A stretch of DNA of 64,000 bases from Vicugna vicugna (lineage: Eukaryota), in contig MU059330.1 of assembly GCA_013265495.1 (NCBI GenBank), positions 14,145,980 through 14,209,979 on the forward strand. Direction: 5' to 3'. Positions 22,261 through 33,100 of this stretch are shown here, one piece after another. Both the position numbers and the translations under genes were made by a program. The notes under the pieces were generated by a model. It was not told the DNA's origin and did not search any database. It was given only the letters and a program-made list of their open reading frames with translations. Position 1 is the stretch's first letter. Each line of letters begins with the position of its first letter.

Positions 22261-25200
22261 TGTTCCGAAAGGTCAGCCCCCACCAAGAGAACTCGAGGGC
22301 CAGGTGGCTTCGCGGTGCGCCCACCGGGCACCGAGGGAAGAAATGCGCCAGCGCTGGCGCCCTCCGGAAGTCTGGGACGGGGGCTTCCCGCCCCCCGGCC
22401 GCGTCGGTCAGACGTCATGGGGGGAACCCTGGAACGTTGCGCTCGGTCGCCCCCAAACTTTGGGGCTGTTACGTCAGTGTCTTAGCTTGTTTCTTCCCGA
22501 GCCTCACGGTGAGGTCTTCCTTCCCCCCACCTGCTGTCCCTGCTCATGCTTCTGACACCAGACCTGCCTTCTGGAAGCACATCCCTTTGAGATGCGGCTG
22601 CTTGGAAACCCCTCCAGGTTCTCTGCAGTCAGCACGTCTTGTTTCACCCTCCTTACTGACATTCTCCAGGCAGACAGGCTCCTCCTGGCGCCCGCAGCTG
22701 TCTCGGCGTCTTCCCGAGTATCTTGCTGCTGGCAAGTCCGCGGCGCGCCAGCCCCTCCGTGCGGAGCCACGTGTCCTCGGCGCCCGGCTCTCCTGCCGCC
22801 GCGGGGCGCTCCCTTCAGCAGCGTGTCCGCGGCTCTGTCGCAGGACGGTCGCAGCCAGGCTCTCCCAGACGCGCCCTCTTCTCGCCACGATGTTGTGTCT
22901 CTGGCCTCTTGTTCCCAGTCTCCTTGTCCCTCACGCTGAGGTCAGGGCTGCTTTTCCACACTGTGGATGTTCTCTGCGTTGGTGCTTGGTTCATTTTACT
23001 GAACTTCTTATTGTGGTTCTAGAAGTTCGATTTGATCCCCTTGAGATCCTCCCGGTGTGTTCCAGTGGTCCTGCCCTGAGGTCACACCTTGTCCCCTGCT
23101 TCTGTCCTCCGCCAGGAGACAGCTGGGCACGTGCCGTGGTGTCCCTCAGCGGCCGCAGAGCCTGCGGCCCTGGCCCCGCCGTTGCGGTGCTCGTCTGTGT
23201 CTGCCCTCACTCGTGCTACTTCGTCCTCCCGCGCTCTTGGAGGCTTTTGATTGTGGGTTCATATTTCGTCACAACTGATCTGCAGGCATCTGGAAGCCTG
23301 AAGGGTTGAGGATTCCTCGTCGGGAGCACCAGCCCCCAGGGCTCTGTGAGCATGAACTGACGTCAGATCTTCCAAGGCCTCGGTTCACAGAAGTGTGCAA
23401 GCCTGGGGACCGGCCGGGACCAGGTGACGTCCGCTCTGGAAGCCAGGGTGAAGAATCTGCATTTTATTCTAGGAGCAGCGAGAAGGCTCTGGGTGGTGTG
23501 ATGCTCTGGCCTGGGCTCTTCCGAGATGGTCCTGGTGCTTCCCGGCCGAGTGGAAGGGGCAGAAACCCGGACTGGCGGATTCCGCCTGCCTTTGATCCCA
23601 ACCAGTGGCGGGGCTGTGTCTGCGAGAAGTTCTGGCTCACTCCCCTCCCAGTGAGACTTGGGAGCCCTGGCTTTGTGGTTGTCGCCTCTTCCCCCCCATC
23701 CCCACCCTGCTCTTGCTCCCGGGAACTGATCTGCCCTGAGTTTCTCTGGGACCTGGTGAGGACCTCACAGAGGCACCCCGCCCTGTGCCTGGCCCACCAG
23801 GGAACCAGGACGTGGCTGGACCAGGAGTGATTAACCGACTTAATTCTGTAAGTAAATTCCACTGTTCAGCAACCGACGGGATAATTTTATCTTACTGCTT
23901 TCTTAAATTTCATCAAATAACTTTCAGGGGTGCAGAAAGTGGAAGTCACGCGTGTGAGAGGAGCTGAACCGTGTTTGCCAAAGTGCAAGGACTAAATACG
24001 CCGTTTGGAGGGATTTTTAGTCCTAAGCACTTTTTATTGGTTTTCATAAGGTGGTTTAAGGTGCTGGAGAAAGTACACAAAGATGTGGAAACGGGTCAGG
24101 ACGGATTAGTGGCCAAGCCGCCGGGGGAGGAGATGAAAGGCCTCGTCCGCTGAGAAAGTGGAAGGATGAGTTCTCCTGGGAAGTCCCCCAGCTCCCGGTC
24201 CCCTCCCCCTGCACACACACAACCTCTGCCTCTTCTCCTGGCTGACTTCAGCTCCCGGGTGCCAGCCGGCCGCCATGGGGGACCCCGGACCTGCACTCGG
24301 GGAACCTGGGCCTGTGTCCCAGCTCTGCCCCCAAATTATCGGGGCTTTTCAGGAAGCCACCACCTCTGCACCTGTAAGAAAAGCCGGGGACGCCTGCCCA
24401 CCTCCTCCCCGGGGCTGCTGGGCGGGCGGGCTGCTGAGCAGGAAGCCATGTGGATGTAAAGCTCTGCATAAACGAAGACCCTCCTTAGTGTTGGTTCTCC
24501 TTACTGCTAAGATTAAGAACTGCTCCAGTGAGCTTGACATGTGACACACCACCACAAAACACCCACGTGTGACTCTGCCCCCGGAGAACAGCCAGTCTCC
24601 GGACCGACAGAACCGGGGAGATGATAAAACGGGCTGCTCTGCACCCCCAGGACGGGGAACAGTGGCGGCTGGGCAGTGGGTTCCCTGGAGGCAGAAACCT
24701 GGGAGCCAGAATGGACCACCCTCCCCCCAGGCCTGGCAGGACAGCCGTCCCCTCCCATGCGGGTGGTCCTGCAGCTTCTGTGTCCTCCGCTCCGTCCCCT
24801 TCCCCACAGGCCGCCTGCCTTGCCCTCTGGTGCCAGGAGGAAGTCCAGTGCCTCTGACCCCTTTGCTTCTTCAGAAAATGCTTCCCAAACGCTGATCCCC
24901 AAGCCTGCCGCGGCGCGGTGCCTCCCTGTCTCTCAGCGACCACCGTGAAGGCCAGTGCCCCTTCCGTCGGTCACTTACCCCTTCTCAGAGCCAGTCCCGC
25001 CTCAGCCGAGCGCAGGTCTTGGGGGGGCAGCCAGTGCCCAGATGCGTGTCCAGGCGCCTCCTCCCGGGCGTCTCTGGCCCTGCAGGAGCCAAGGCCTCTC
25101 AGGACCAGCGAGCTTCTCTCGTCTACACCCGCCTCTGTCAGAGCACCTGCAGCAGAAATCAGTGTCACCACCAAATGCAGGCGAGGACTCGGAGAAACGG

Positions 25201-25849
25201 GAACTCTCCTAAGTTGCTGGTTGGAACGCAAGTTGGCGCCGCCCCTGCAGAACAGAAGACGACAAGTGCCTAGGACATGACCCCCGGACTCGGACCCCAG
25301 GTTAGGAACAGTCACGTGATTACGAGTACTGCCCACCAACCCCCGGTCAGCTGTCCAGCAGCTGCACCTGTCATAGCTCCAGCGCGGGAGAGACCCAGGC
25401 CCCCAAGAAGCCACGGGGTAACGTAGCTGCACTGCCACGCCTAGAACGCTGTCCTGAGATCCAAGAGACAGACGGCGACACGCAGCGCAGGGCCACGGCG
25501 AGGGGAAAAGCCAGCGTCAGAGCTCACCTGTGGAACTTCCCATCTTCGTAAGTGTCTTGAAGGGACAGGGTTTCACCACAGAGCAGGCCCCTGGTCAGCA
25601 GGGTGGGGGTGTGACGGGCACCACACAGGGCCTCCCGGAGATGGTGGGACGGTTGTGTATGCTGATGGCAGTGCTGGTCACACCAGCCTACACAGGCGAC
25701 AGAATGCCATCGACCTCTACCCACAGGCTGCACCAGGGTCTGGCTCTGTCCACCGAGTCACGCGGGAGTAACCACCAGGGGCGCTGGGAAAGGGACCCGA
25801 GGGCAGAGCTGTTTCCCCCGAGCAGCTGCACTCTCTCTGCCGCCCTGAG

Positions 25850-26055
25850 TGTCGTGGTCAGAGTAATGCCTCGGGGTGCCCCTTCCTGGTCCCGGAACCT
25901 GGGAGCTTGACCTCCCGGCACAAGGGACTTTGCAGATGGAGATGATCCTGGGCAAGGTGGACCCTAAGTCAGTCAGAGGGTCCTTGTCAGGCCAGGGAGG
26001 GAGCAGTGGCAACAGAGCGGAGGTTGGAGTCAGAGAGCCTGGAGGGTCCTGGCAG
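25850..26055 (+). mobile_element. MaLR LTR fragment (MLT1D-like)
   Basis: ggaacctg...caagggactttgcagatg...gagggtcctt...cagagcggaggttggagt resembles the MLT1D consensus; boundaries approximate. Confidence 0.7.
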
Positions 26056-26068
26056 GGCCCAAGGGCCA

Positions 26069-26092
26069 TCTCTCTCTCTCTCTCTCTCTCTC
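26069..26092 (+). repeat. (TC)12 microsatellite
   Basis: Perfect TC dinucleotide run. Confidence 0.95.
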
Positions 26093-27949
26093 CTCCCTGC
26101 CACTTGTGTCTGGTCCTCAGGCCCCAGCGCGGGGCTTGGGGACACTGTTGGGCTGCTTGCTTTTACCCCATTGTGGTCAGAAGTTTGCGTGTGTCCCATT
26201 GCGTTGTGCTGTTGGCAGCCAGTCTCACCAGCTGAGACTGGCTTGGGTCCTGGTGCTGTCTCGGGTCTTGGCTGCACATCAGAGGCATGGACGCCATGTC
26301 CCCAGGGTGCCCAGGTGGTGGAGCAGGCGCCGCACACCAGGGGGGCCGTCTGGTGGGCACGGGGGTGCCAGACACCCCACTGCACTTGTCTCCACCCCCA
26401 CGCGGGGCCCTCCCGCACCGGCAGGACTGGGGCACCCCCGAGGCCAGTGGCAGTGAACACAAGAAGCAACATGTGGCCCCACGAAGGACAGCCCTGCTCT
26501 CGAGCCAACGGCTTAATCAGTAATTTAAACACCAGCCAGGCCCCAAGCCAGGCTCAACAGTCGGAGTCTGCGGAGTTCCTTTCTCCCTCCTTTGGGTACA
26601 TTCATCCTCTTCGCCATCTGCCGTGGCTCCTCACCGACCAGGGACGGCGGCCCAGTGCTGTCTCTGCAGCCGGGCGGGGACAGCTCCAGGCCCGCAGGCC
26701 CGCAGGCCAGCAGGCTCTGCACCCACTCCCGAGAGCAGCCCAGTGTCCAACCGCTGCGCGCACGCTGTTGGACACCCCTCAGGGTCAGGGTGTGTGTCAC
26801 TGGTTGGGGGGGCCTGCTAGTCCCTTCAGCGACAATCACACATCAGTAGTTGGCTCCTGGCACAGAATCCACTCTGTTGGGAAACTTCAGACGTGAAGTG
26901 TGATGTCCATCCGTTGACTTCCAGAAGTTCCAGAGTCGGGTTTTGCTGTATTTCATCGTCAGCCAACAGTAGGAACTGTTGCCTGGGAACATTTCCATGT
27001 TTTATGATGCAGCGATTTAAGGCATCGCCAGCTTCCCAGAGACAGACTGACTGACGTGTAATGTGAAGAGAGGATGCAGAAGGTGAGACATTTCTGGTCG
27101 AGCTGGAAGAGGTTCCTCACCGCCAGCACAGCATTAGCCACGCTCGTGAAAGGTTCTGTCTCTCTCTCTTTTTTTTTTCACAATTAGAATTTCCATGCTG
27201 GTTTCTCCGGTTTCTTGCTGTTGGAAAAGACCAAATTTCCCAAAGCCACCCCAAATCCTCGAGTGGCAGAAAGAAGCAAGCCTCAGAGACCTCACGGTGC
27301 TCACCCAGTGGACTTCCAGGACAGGCAGCCCTAGTCCCGACTGCTAACAAGCCCAGCGGGCAGACCCGGAGCAAGCAGGTAAATGGGGAACCTGCCCAGC
27401 GGAGGGAGAGCAGAAGCCTGTGTAAATGCTCTGGCCATGATCAAACACCATTTCCAAAGTTTCAGCAGTTCGGTGTTTGCCAAATTCAGGTGCTTCATCC
27501 CCACGAGCCTCCCGAGACTTGCAAGTTTCCCGACTCCGAGGGATTCGAACCTGAACATCCTGCAGCTCTGGGTTTGGGTGAAAGCTCATTAGGTGAGTGC
27601 TCTGAACCATCTTGTGCATGCGACAGTCAAACTGCCCCCCGAATCTGGGGAGGGTCTCTGCCGCTGGCTGGAAGGCGAGGGCTTCTGGCTCCTCCTGGGG
27701 CTGCAAGCCTGTGGGAGGCCCTTGACCTGCAGTCACACCCTCCTCGGGCTCTGGTGTGAAGGGAGCCATGGGCAGGTGCCAGGAGCCTGCAGACAAAGCC
27801 CCCCAGGGATGGAGCCTGCAGGCAGTGCCCCCCAGACACTGAGCCTGTGCCTCTGTCGCCTCCCCTTGCTTTGGCTGACCCACAGGCTGGGTGATTCAAA
27901 GGGAATAGATTTGGGGGTTTCTGTTTAAGGTGGGGACCACAGAAGCTAA

Positions 27950-30100
27950 AGAATCCTCAAAAAGAAGCTACAGACCGGGGTGGAGGAGACCAAGTCGGCC
28001 GCTGCTGCCCACTGCCCGCTGCCCGCTGCCCGCAGCCGCGCCAGGAGGAGCTCTGGGAGCAGCGCCGCGGCCGGGCCTGACCGTCGAGGATGCGCCCGAG
28101 CCCTTGGTTTGTCCCGCCCGCCTGGCCGGCGCGGTGGCATCCGTTCTCCTCTTTGCACATCACTATACGTCGGCTGTCCTGCTCCTTCCAAAGCCCCTGC
28201 TGGACCCCAGAGCATCCCTCATGGGCCGGTCACGGCCACGTGATAAAGTGACAAACCAGAAGGACCCGCCCCCCAGGGGGCGCAGAACTCCGCCCTCAGG
28301 GACCCCACGTTATGGTCCCCTCCCTCAGGTACCACAGAGCCTCTCCTCGGTGCGACCCTCGCGCGACCCCTGAGCCTGGGAGGGGTCGCGGCGCGTGGGT
28401 GGGGAGGCGGCCCGGGACAGCTGAGCGGTGGGGACAAGTCCTCGTGGTACCTGTGCGAACACCGGGCCTCACCCTCACCCGGAGGGCGGGTGAAGGGCGG
28501 GGCTGCCGGCCTCCCGCGACCCCGCCCCTTCCTCCTCCCGGCCCCGCCCCTTCCTCTGCGCAGACCCCCTCCTCTTCTCGGCCATGCCGCGCGCGCTGCA
28601 GTGCCGGGCGGTGCGCTCCCTGCTGCGGAGCCGCTACCGGCAGGTGCTGCCGCTGGCCACCTTCGTGCGGCGCCTGGGGCCCGAGGGCCGGCGGCTGGTG
28701 CGGCGCGGGGACCCGGCGGCCTTCCGCGCGCTGGTGGCCCAGTGCTTGGTGTGCGTGCCCTGGGACGCGCAGCCGCCCCCCGCCGCCCCGTCCTTCCGCC
28801 AGGTGGGCTGTCCCCAGGGACCCAGGTCGGGGGGCAGGGGGTGGGGAACGATGTACCTCTGTTTCCAGCGACTCAGGACCCCTTCCACGCAGGTGTCCAG
28901 CCTGAAGGAGCTGGTGGCGCGGGTCGTGCAGAGGCTCTGTGAGCGCGGCGCGAGGAACGTGCTGGCTTTCGGCTTCGCGCTGCTGGACGGGGCCCGCGGC
29001 GGGCCGCCCGTGGCCTTCACGACCAGCGTGCGCAGCTACCTGCCCAACACGGTGACCGACACGCTGCGCGGCAGCGGCGCGTGGGGGCTGCTGCTGCGCC
29101 GCGTGGGCGACGACGTGCTCACTCACCTGCTGGCGCGCTGCGCACTCTACTTGCTGGTGGCCCCGAGCTGCGCCTACCAGCTGTGCGGGCCGCCGCTCTA
29201 TGACCTCTGCAGCGGCGCCGCGGCTCGGCCCGGACTCGCGGGCGGCCCCCAGGCAGGCCTCGGACCTACGCGCCAAGCCCGGAACGACGGGGACGCTGGG
29301 GGACCCTGGGGGCTGCCCGCCCCGGGCGTGAAGCGGCGTTGGGGCAGCGCAGAGGGTCGTCCGCCTCCAGCCAAGAGGCCCAGACGCGCTTCGAGGCCGG
29401 AGCGAGGATCCAATGGGCAGGCGTCCGGGGCCCACCTGGGCTGGGCTACCGGGCCTAGCGACAGCGACCCCCGCGCGGTAACAGAGACCAGAGCTGCCGC
29501 GGAAGCCGAGTCTCAGGAGGATGAGGTGCCCCGGACCCGTTGCCCCCTCCCGCTGGCGGGTGGCGATTGCGGTGCCGGCTTGGCATCCTGGCAGCAGTCA
29601 CGTCCCCAGGGCGTGCCCGGTCCCCGAGTGTGCGTGGAGACCAAGCACTTCCTGTACTGCCCGGGGAGCGAGGAACGGCTGCGCCGCTCGTTCCTGCTCT
29701 GCTCCCTGCCTCCCAGCTTGGCGGGGGCCCGGAAGCTCCTGGAGACCATCTTTCTGTGCTCGAAGCCCTGGCGGCCAGGGGCTCCCAGCAGGACGCGCCG
29801 CCTGCCCGCCCGCTACTGGCGGATGAGGCCCCTGTTCCGGGAGCTGCTTGAGAACCATGCGCGATGTCCCTACCAAGCGCTGCTCAGGGCGCACTGCCCG
29901 CTGCGGACCGAGGCCACCTGGTCAGGGTCAGGCATCCCGGAGCGCGATGGGGTGGACACCTGCACCCTGGAGAGGCCCACGGCAGCCCCGGAGGGGCACG
30001 CCGGCCCACGGTGCCTGGTCCAGCTGCTCCGCCAGCACAGCAGCCCCTGGCAGGTGTACGCGCTCCTGCGAGCCTGTCTTCACAGGCTGGTGCCTGCTAG
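27950..30100. promoter_or_regulatory. TERT: TERT CpG island and core promoter
   Basis: CpG-dense from about 600 nt upstream of the ATG into exon 2; TATA-less; GC boxes near 28496, 28520 and 28542; CACGTG 28237-28242; boundaries approximate. Confidence 0.85.
28584..28802 (+). CDS. TERT: TERT exon 1 (coding part)
   Basis: gccATGc; [31 protein letters not shown]...PSFRQ; donor |gtgggc. Confidence 0.97.
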
Positions 30101-33100
30101 CCTCTGGGGCTCCAGGCACAACCAGCGCCGCTTCATGAGGAATGTTAAGAAGCTGGTCTCCCTGGGAAAGCACGCCAAGCTGTCGCTGCAGGAGCTGACA
30201 TGGAAGATGAAAGTGCAGGACTGCACCTGGCTGCGCAGAAGCCCAGGTGAGGAGCCCAGGTGAGCAGGTGCTGGCTGGCCCTGCAGGACCGGACCTCAGG
30301 ACCTGGGACGCAACAGGGCCCTCTCCGCACCTCGCTCCAGCGCAGTGGGCTTCTTGGTGGCTGTTGGGTGGCTCCATCTGACTTCTCTGCTCCCGACCCA
30401 CTCCCACCCAGTTTGCGTGAATCTGCAGACCTTCGTGGACTTGGGCAGGGTCTGGGCGCTGGGTGGGGGGGCAGTGGCAGAGAGCAGGTGAGCAGGACTG
30501 TGACGACAGACAGAGGTGCCTGGGGCTCTCGTGAGCATGCCTGCAGGTTCCTCATTACCCCTTTCCTACTTGAAGCTTTATCACCTTGAAATGGTGCCCC
30601 ACTGATAGAAATGGGGCCTGGGCCAAGAAGCCCCTTTTCAGGGGGGTGGGCAGGGCTCCTGGGTTCCCAACGCATTTGGTCGGCGATATGCAGGTCCTAA
30701 TGTGAGTTCTGACTGCATGTCTGCTAGGCTAGGGCCAGGCACACGGAAGGAGTAAAAAGACGATGTCCTTGAACGAGGCCCCAAGGTCACCGAGGGCAGA
30801 GAGGAGCAGCAGGACGCCCCCCTCCCCCGTCCAGGGAGGTGGGCAGCCCTGCGGGTCCCGGCAGGAGTTTCTGTGAAGCCAGGCCTGCGGTGTCCCTCCC
30901 ACTGTGGTTTTCTGGGCTTGCTGTTGGGGTTCCTCTGATCCAGCCGCCACTTGCCCCTCTCAGTCAGTGCCCTCCTTGTCAGACCGGAGCCAGGAAAGAA
31001 ACGGACCAGCCCTCCCTGCTCTCTGCATGGTGGAGCAGCCGGAAGGACAGACCCCGGGTCAGGCCTCCCCCGAATCCCGAGCTTCCACTCCTTCACGGAG
31101 GAGGTGACTGCAGAGCCTCTGTCAGAGTCCGACTTGCCCGCCCAGGATGCATGGGACAGTTTCCTGGGGTGGGGGCTTTGAAACGCCCAGCCCCAGCCGC
31201 CAGGATCATGGTTTCCGTGGTCTCCGGTGGGCACTGGCGCACACTGTTTCCGGCTCCCAGGACACCCCCAGGCCAGGTGATGTGGACAGCTGGGATGGCC
31301 TCCCGGCCGCTCCGTCCACAGCACTGAGCTTCTTTGCCTCTGCTGAGCTGGGCTTGGCCATTGCCTTGCCCACCGTACTACCCGTTGAAACTCATCACCT
31401 CCTTGGTTCCCAGCGCCAGAGGCCAGCCCCCCAGGCTGTCCACATCTGCTGTCCGGTGTGGCCAGAGCTGTGACAAGAAGGACTCCTGCTTGCTGCCTCG
31501 ACCCGGGTCCCTGGACTGCGCTTGGCCTCTGGTCAGCCTGTCCCGTCCACGCACATCTGGCAGTGATGGCTTTTCCTGCCCTGTGGGTGGGGGCGTGCCC
31601 CTCCTGCGGAGCCCCTTGGACCATCGAGTGGCTCCCACGTCTCAGCAGGGCTGTCGGCTGAGGTCTGAAGTTCATCATCTTCCGCTTTCTGGGCCGCCTG
31701 CCATTCCTCCTCTGACTCCCAGTCCTGCGTTTGCCCCACACTGCGTTTGTGTGATCTCTGCGCCCTGTTCACTTTGGCTGCACATTTTGATATCAGCCGC
31801 TTTTCTGTGTTTTCTGTTCCTTCCGTGATTTCTCCTTTAATCCCGGAGCTATTTGGGCTGTGGTAAATCACCTTTGGCGGGTTTCTGACATGGCCGGGTG
31901 GTGGTCCGCAGGCTTCCCTGAGCGCTGGAGGCCTGCTTGGCCTTGTGCGTGGGCGTTTGTGCTGCTGGTCAGGGCATCAGGAGCCCGGGGATGGTGCCGT
32001 GTTCTCTACCAGGTGCTGCACAAAACTTGTGTATCCTTCCAGGGGCCACGATGCCAAGGGTGGGCGTGCCCCTGGGGTGGGTGTGTCCACGTCTCGTCCT
32101 GGTAGGGTGCATGCTCTACAGTTTCTCTTCCTGGAAAGTGTCTAGTGACTCTCTTCACCTGAGTCTGTCTAACTGCTCACGGAGCCGCTGCCCTGGCCTC
32201 CTGTGGGTCAGCATTTACCTCTTGGGTCATGTTTCATCTTCTGGTTTTTGTCTGCACCCTCTACGTAGCCTCAAAGTTGAGGTGTCTTACTAAGAGCAGA
32301 GAGTTTTACGTTTATTTTCAACTCAGCCTGACGGTCTTCACCACTTACCAGGTGTCATTTATTTTCACTGTTCCGTGATGATGGACGGGTTTCGACGCGC
32401 TTTCCATCTTCCCAGCGTGTCTGCTTTTCCGTGTCCGTACTTCTGGCTTCCTGATGGATTGTGTGCGTTTTCTCACTGTGCGTGTTGGCTCTGCCCCGGG
32501 GCAGTTAGGTGCACACTCCCCGTTCCTCCTCCCTTGGTGATTACCATCTGAAGCATGGTAATCGGGGTGCCAGGGTCGGTTCACCACCCACTAACACCGT
32601 TGTGTCCACGTTAGACGCTGCTGCTGCTGCTTCTCCGGTCGAAGTTTATTTAGCTTTATCCCTCGTCTCTTCTCTTTGTCCGCCATCTGTCTCCTGTCCC
32701 AGACCTGCCTCTGGACCCCTTTCTTTTCCTTTGTTTCTTTCATGCCCATTCCTGGTGGAAAAACCTTGACTCTGTCTGTGCTGAGGCTCTGGGGAAACCT
32801 GTGCACCTCTGCTCATGACGTTTCTAAGTGCACAGGATAAAACACAGAGGACCGGGTGTTGGGAGGGTGTAGCTCAGTGGTAGAGTGTGTGCTTAGCATG
32901 CAGGAGGCCCTGCGTTCAGTCCCCGGTACCTCCATTAAATAAATAAATAAACCTAACTACTACTCCCCGAAAAAATAAACAAAACAAAAACATAGAGAAC
33001 TACCAGGGCGGGCGGTCATGTTGGCCAGTGGTGCGTGTTCAGAACCCCTAGGCGTCTGACATCCCTGAGCTGGTGTCTGACCCCACCCCCACCGTTGTCT

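Noticed and set aside
22437-23309. 290-aa intergenic ORF, plus 296-aa ORF at 26006-26896
   Set aside because: Non-ATG starts, no domain signal, adjacent to or overlapping repeat remnants
25772-25785. CTCF-like ccaccaggggcgct
   Set aside because: One base short in the G run relative to the CCASYAGRKGGCRS spacing
28296-29435. 379-aa antisense ORF over TERT exons 1-2
   Set aside because: Pro/Arg/Gly/Ala-rich shadow of a very GC-rich coding strand, GTG start, no recognisable domain
30638-31741. 367-aa antisense ORF in TERT intron 2
   Set aside because: Low-complexity composition expected in GC-rich DNA; no homology recognised; partly overlaps an L1 remnant
32861-32934. tRNA-Ala(AGC) gene
   Set aside because: Disrupted stems and B box, followed by a SINE-type A-rich tail instead of a T-run terminator; called a SINE
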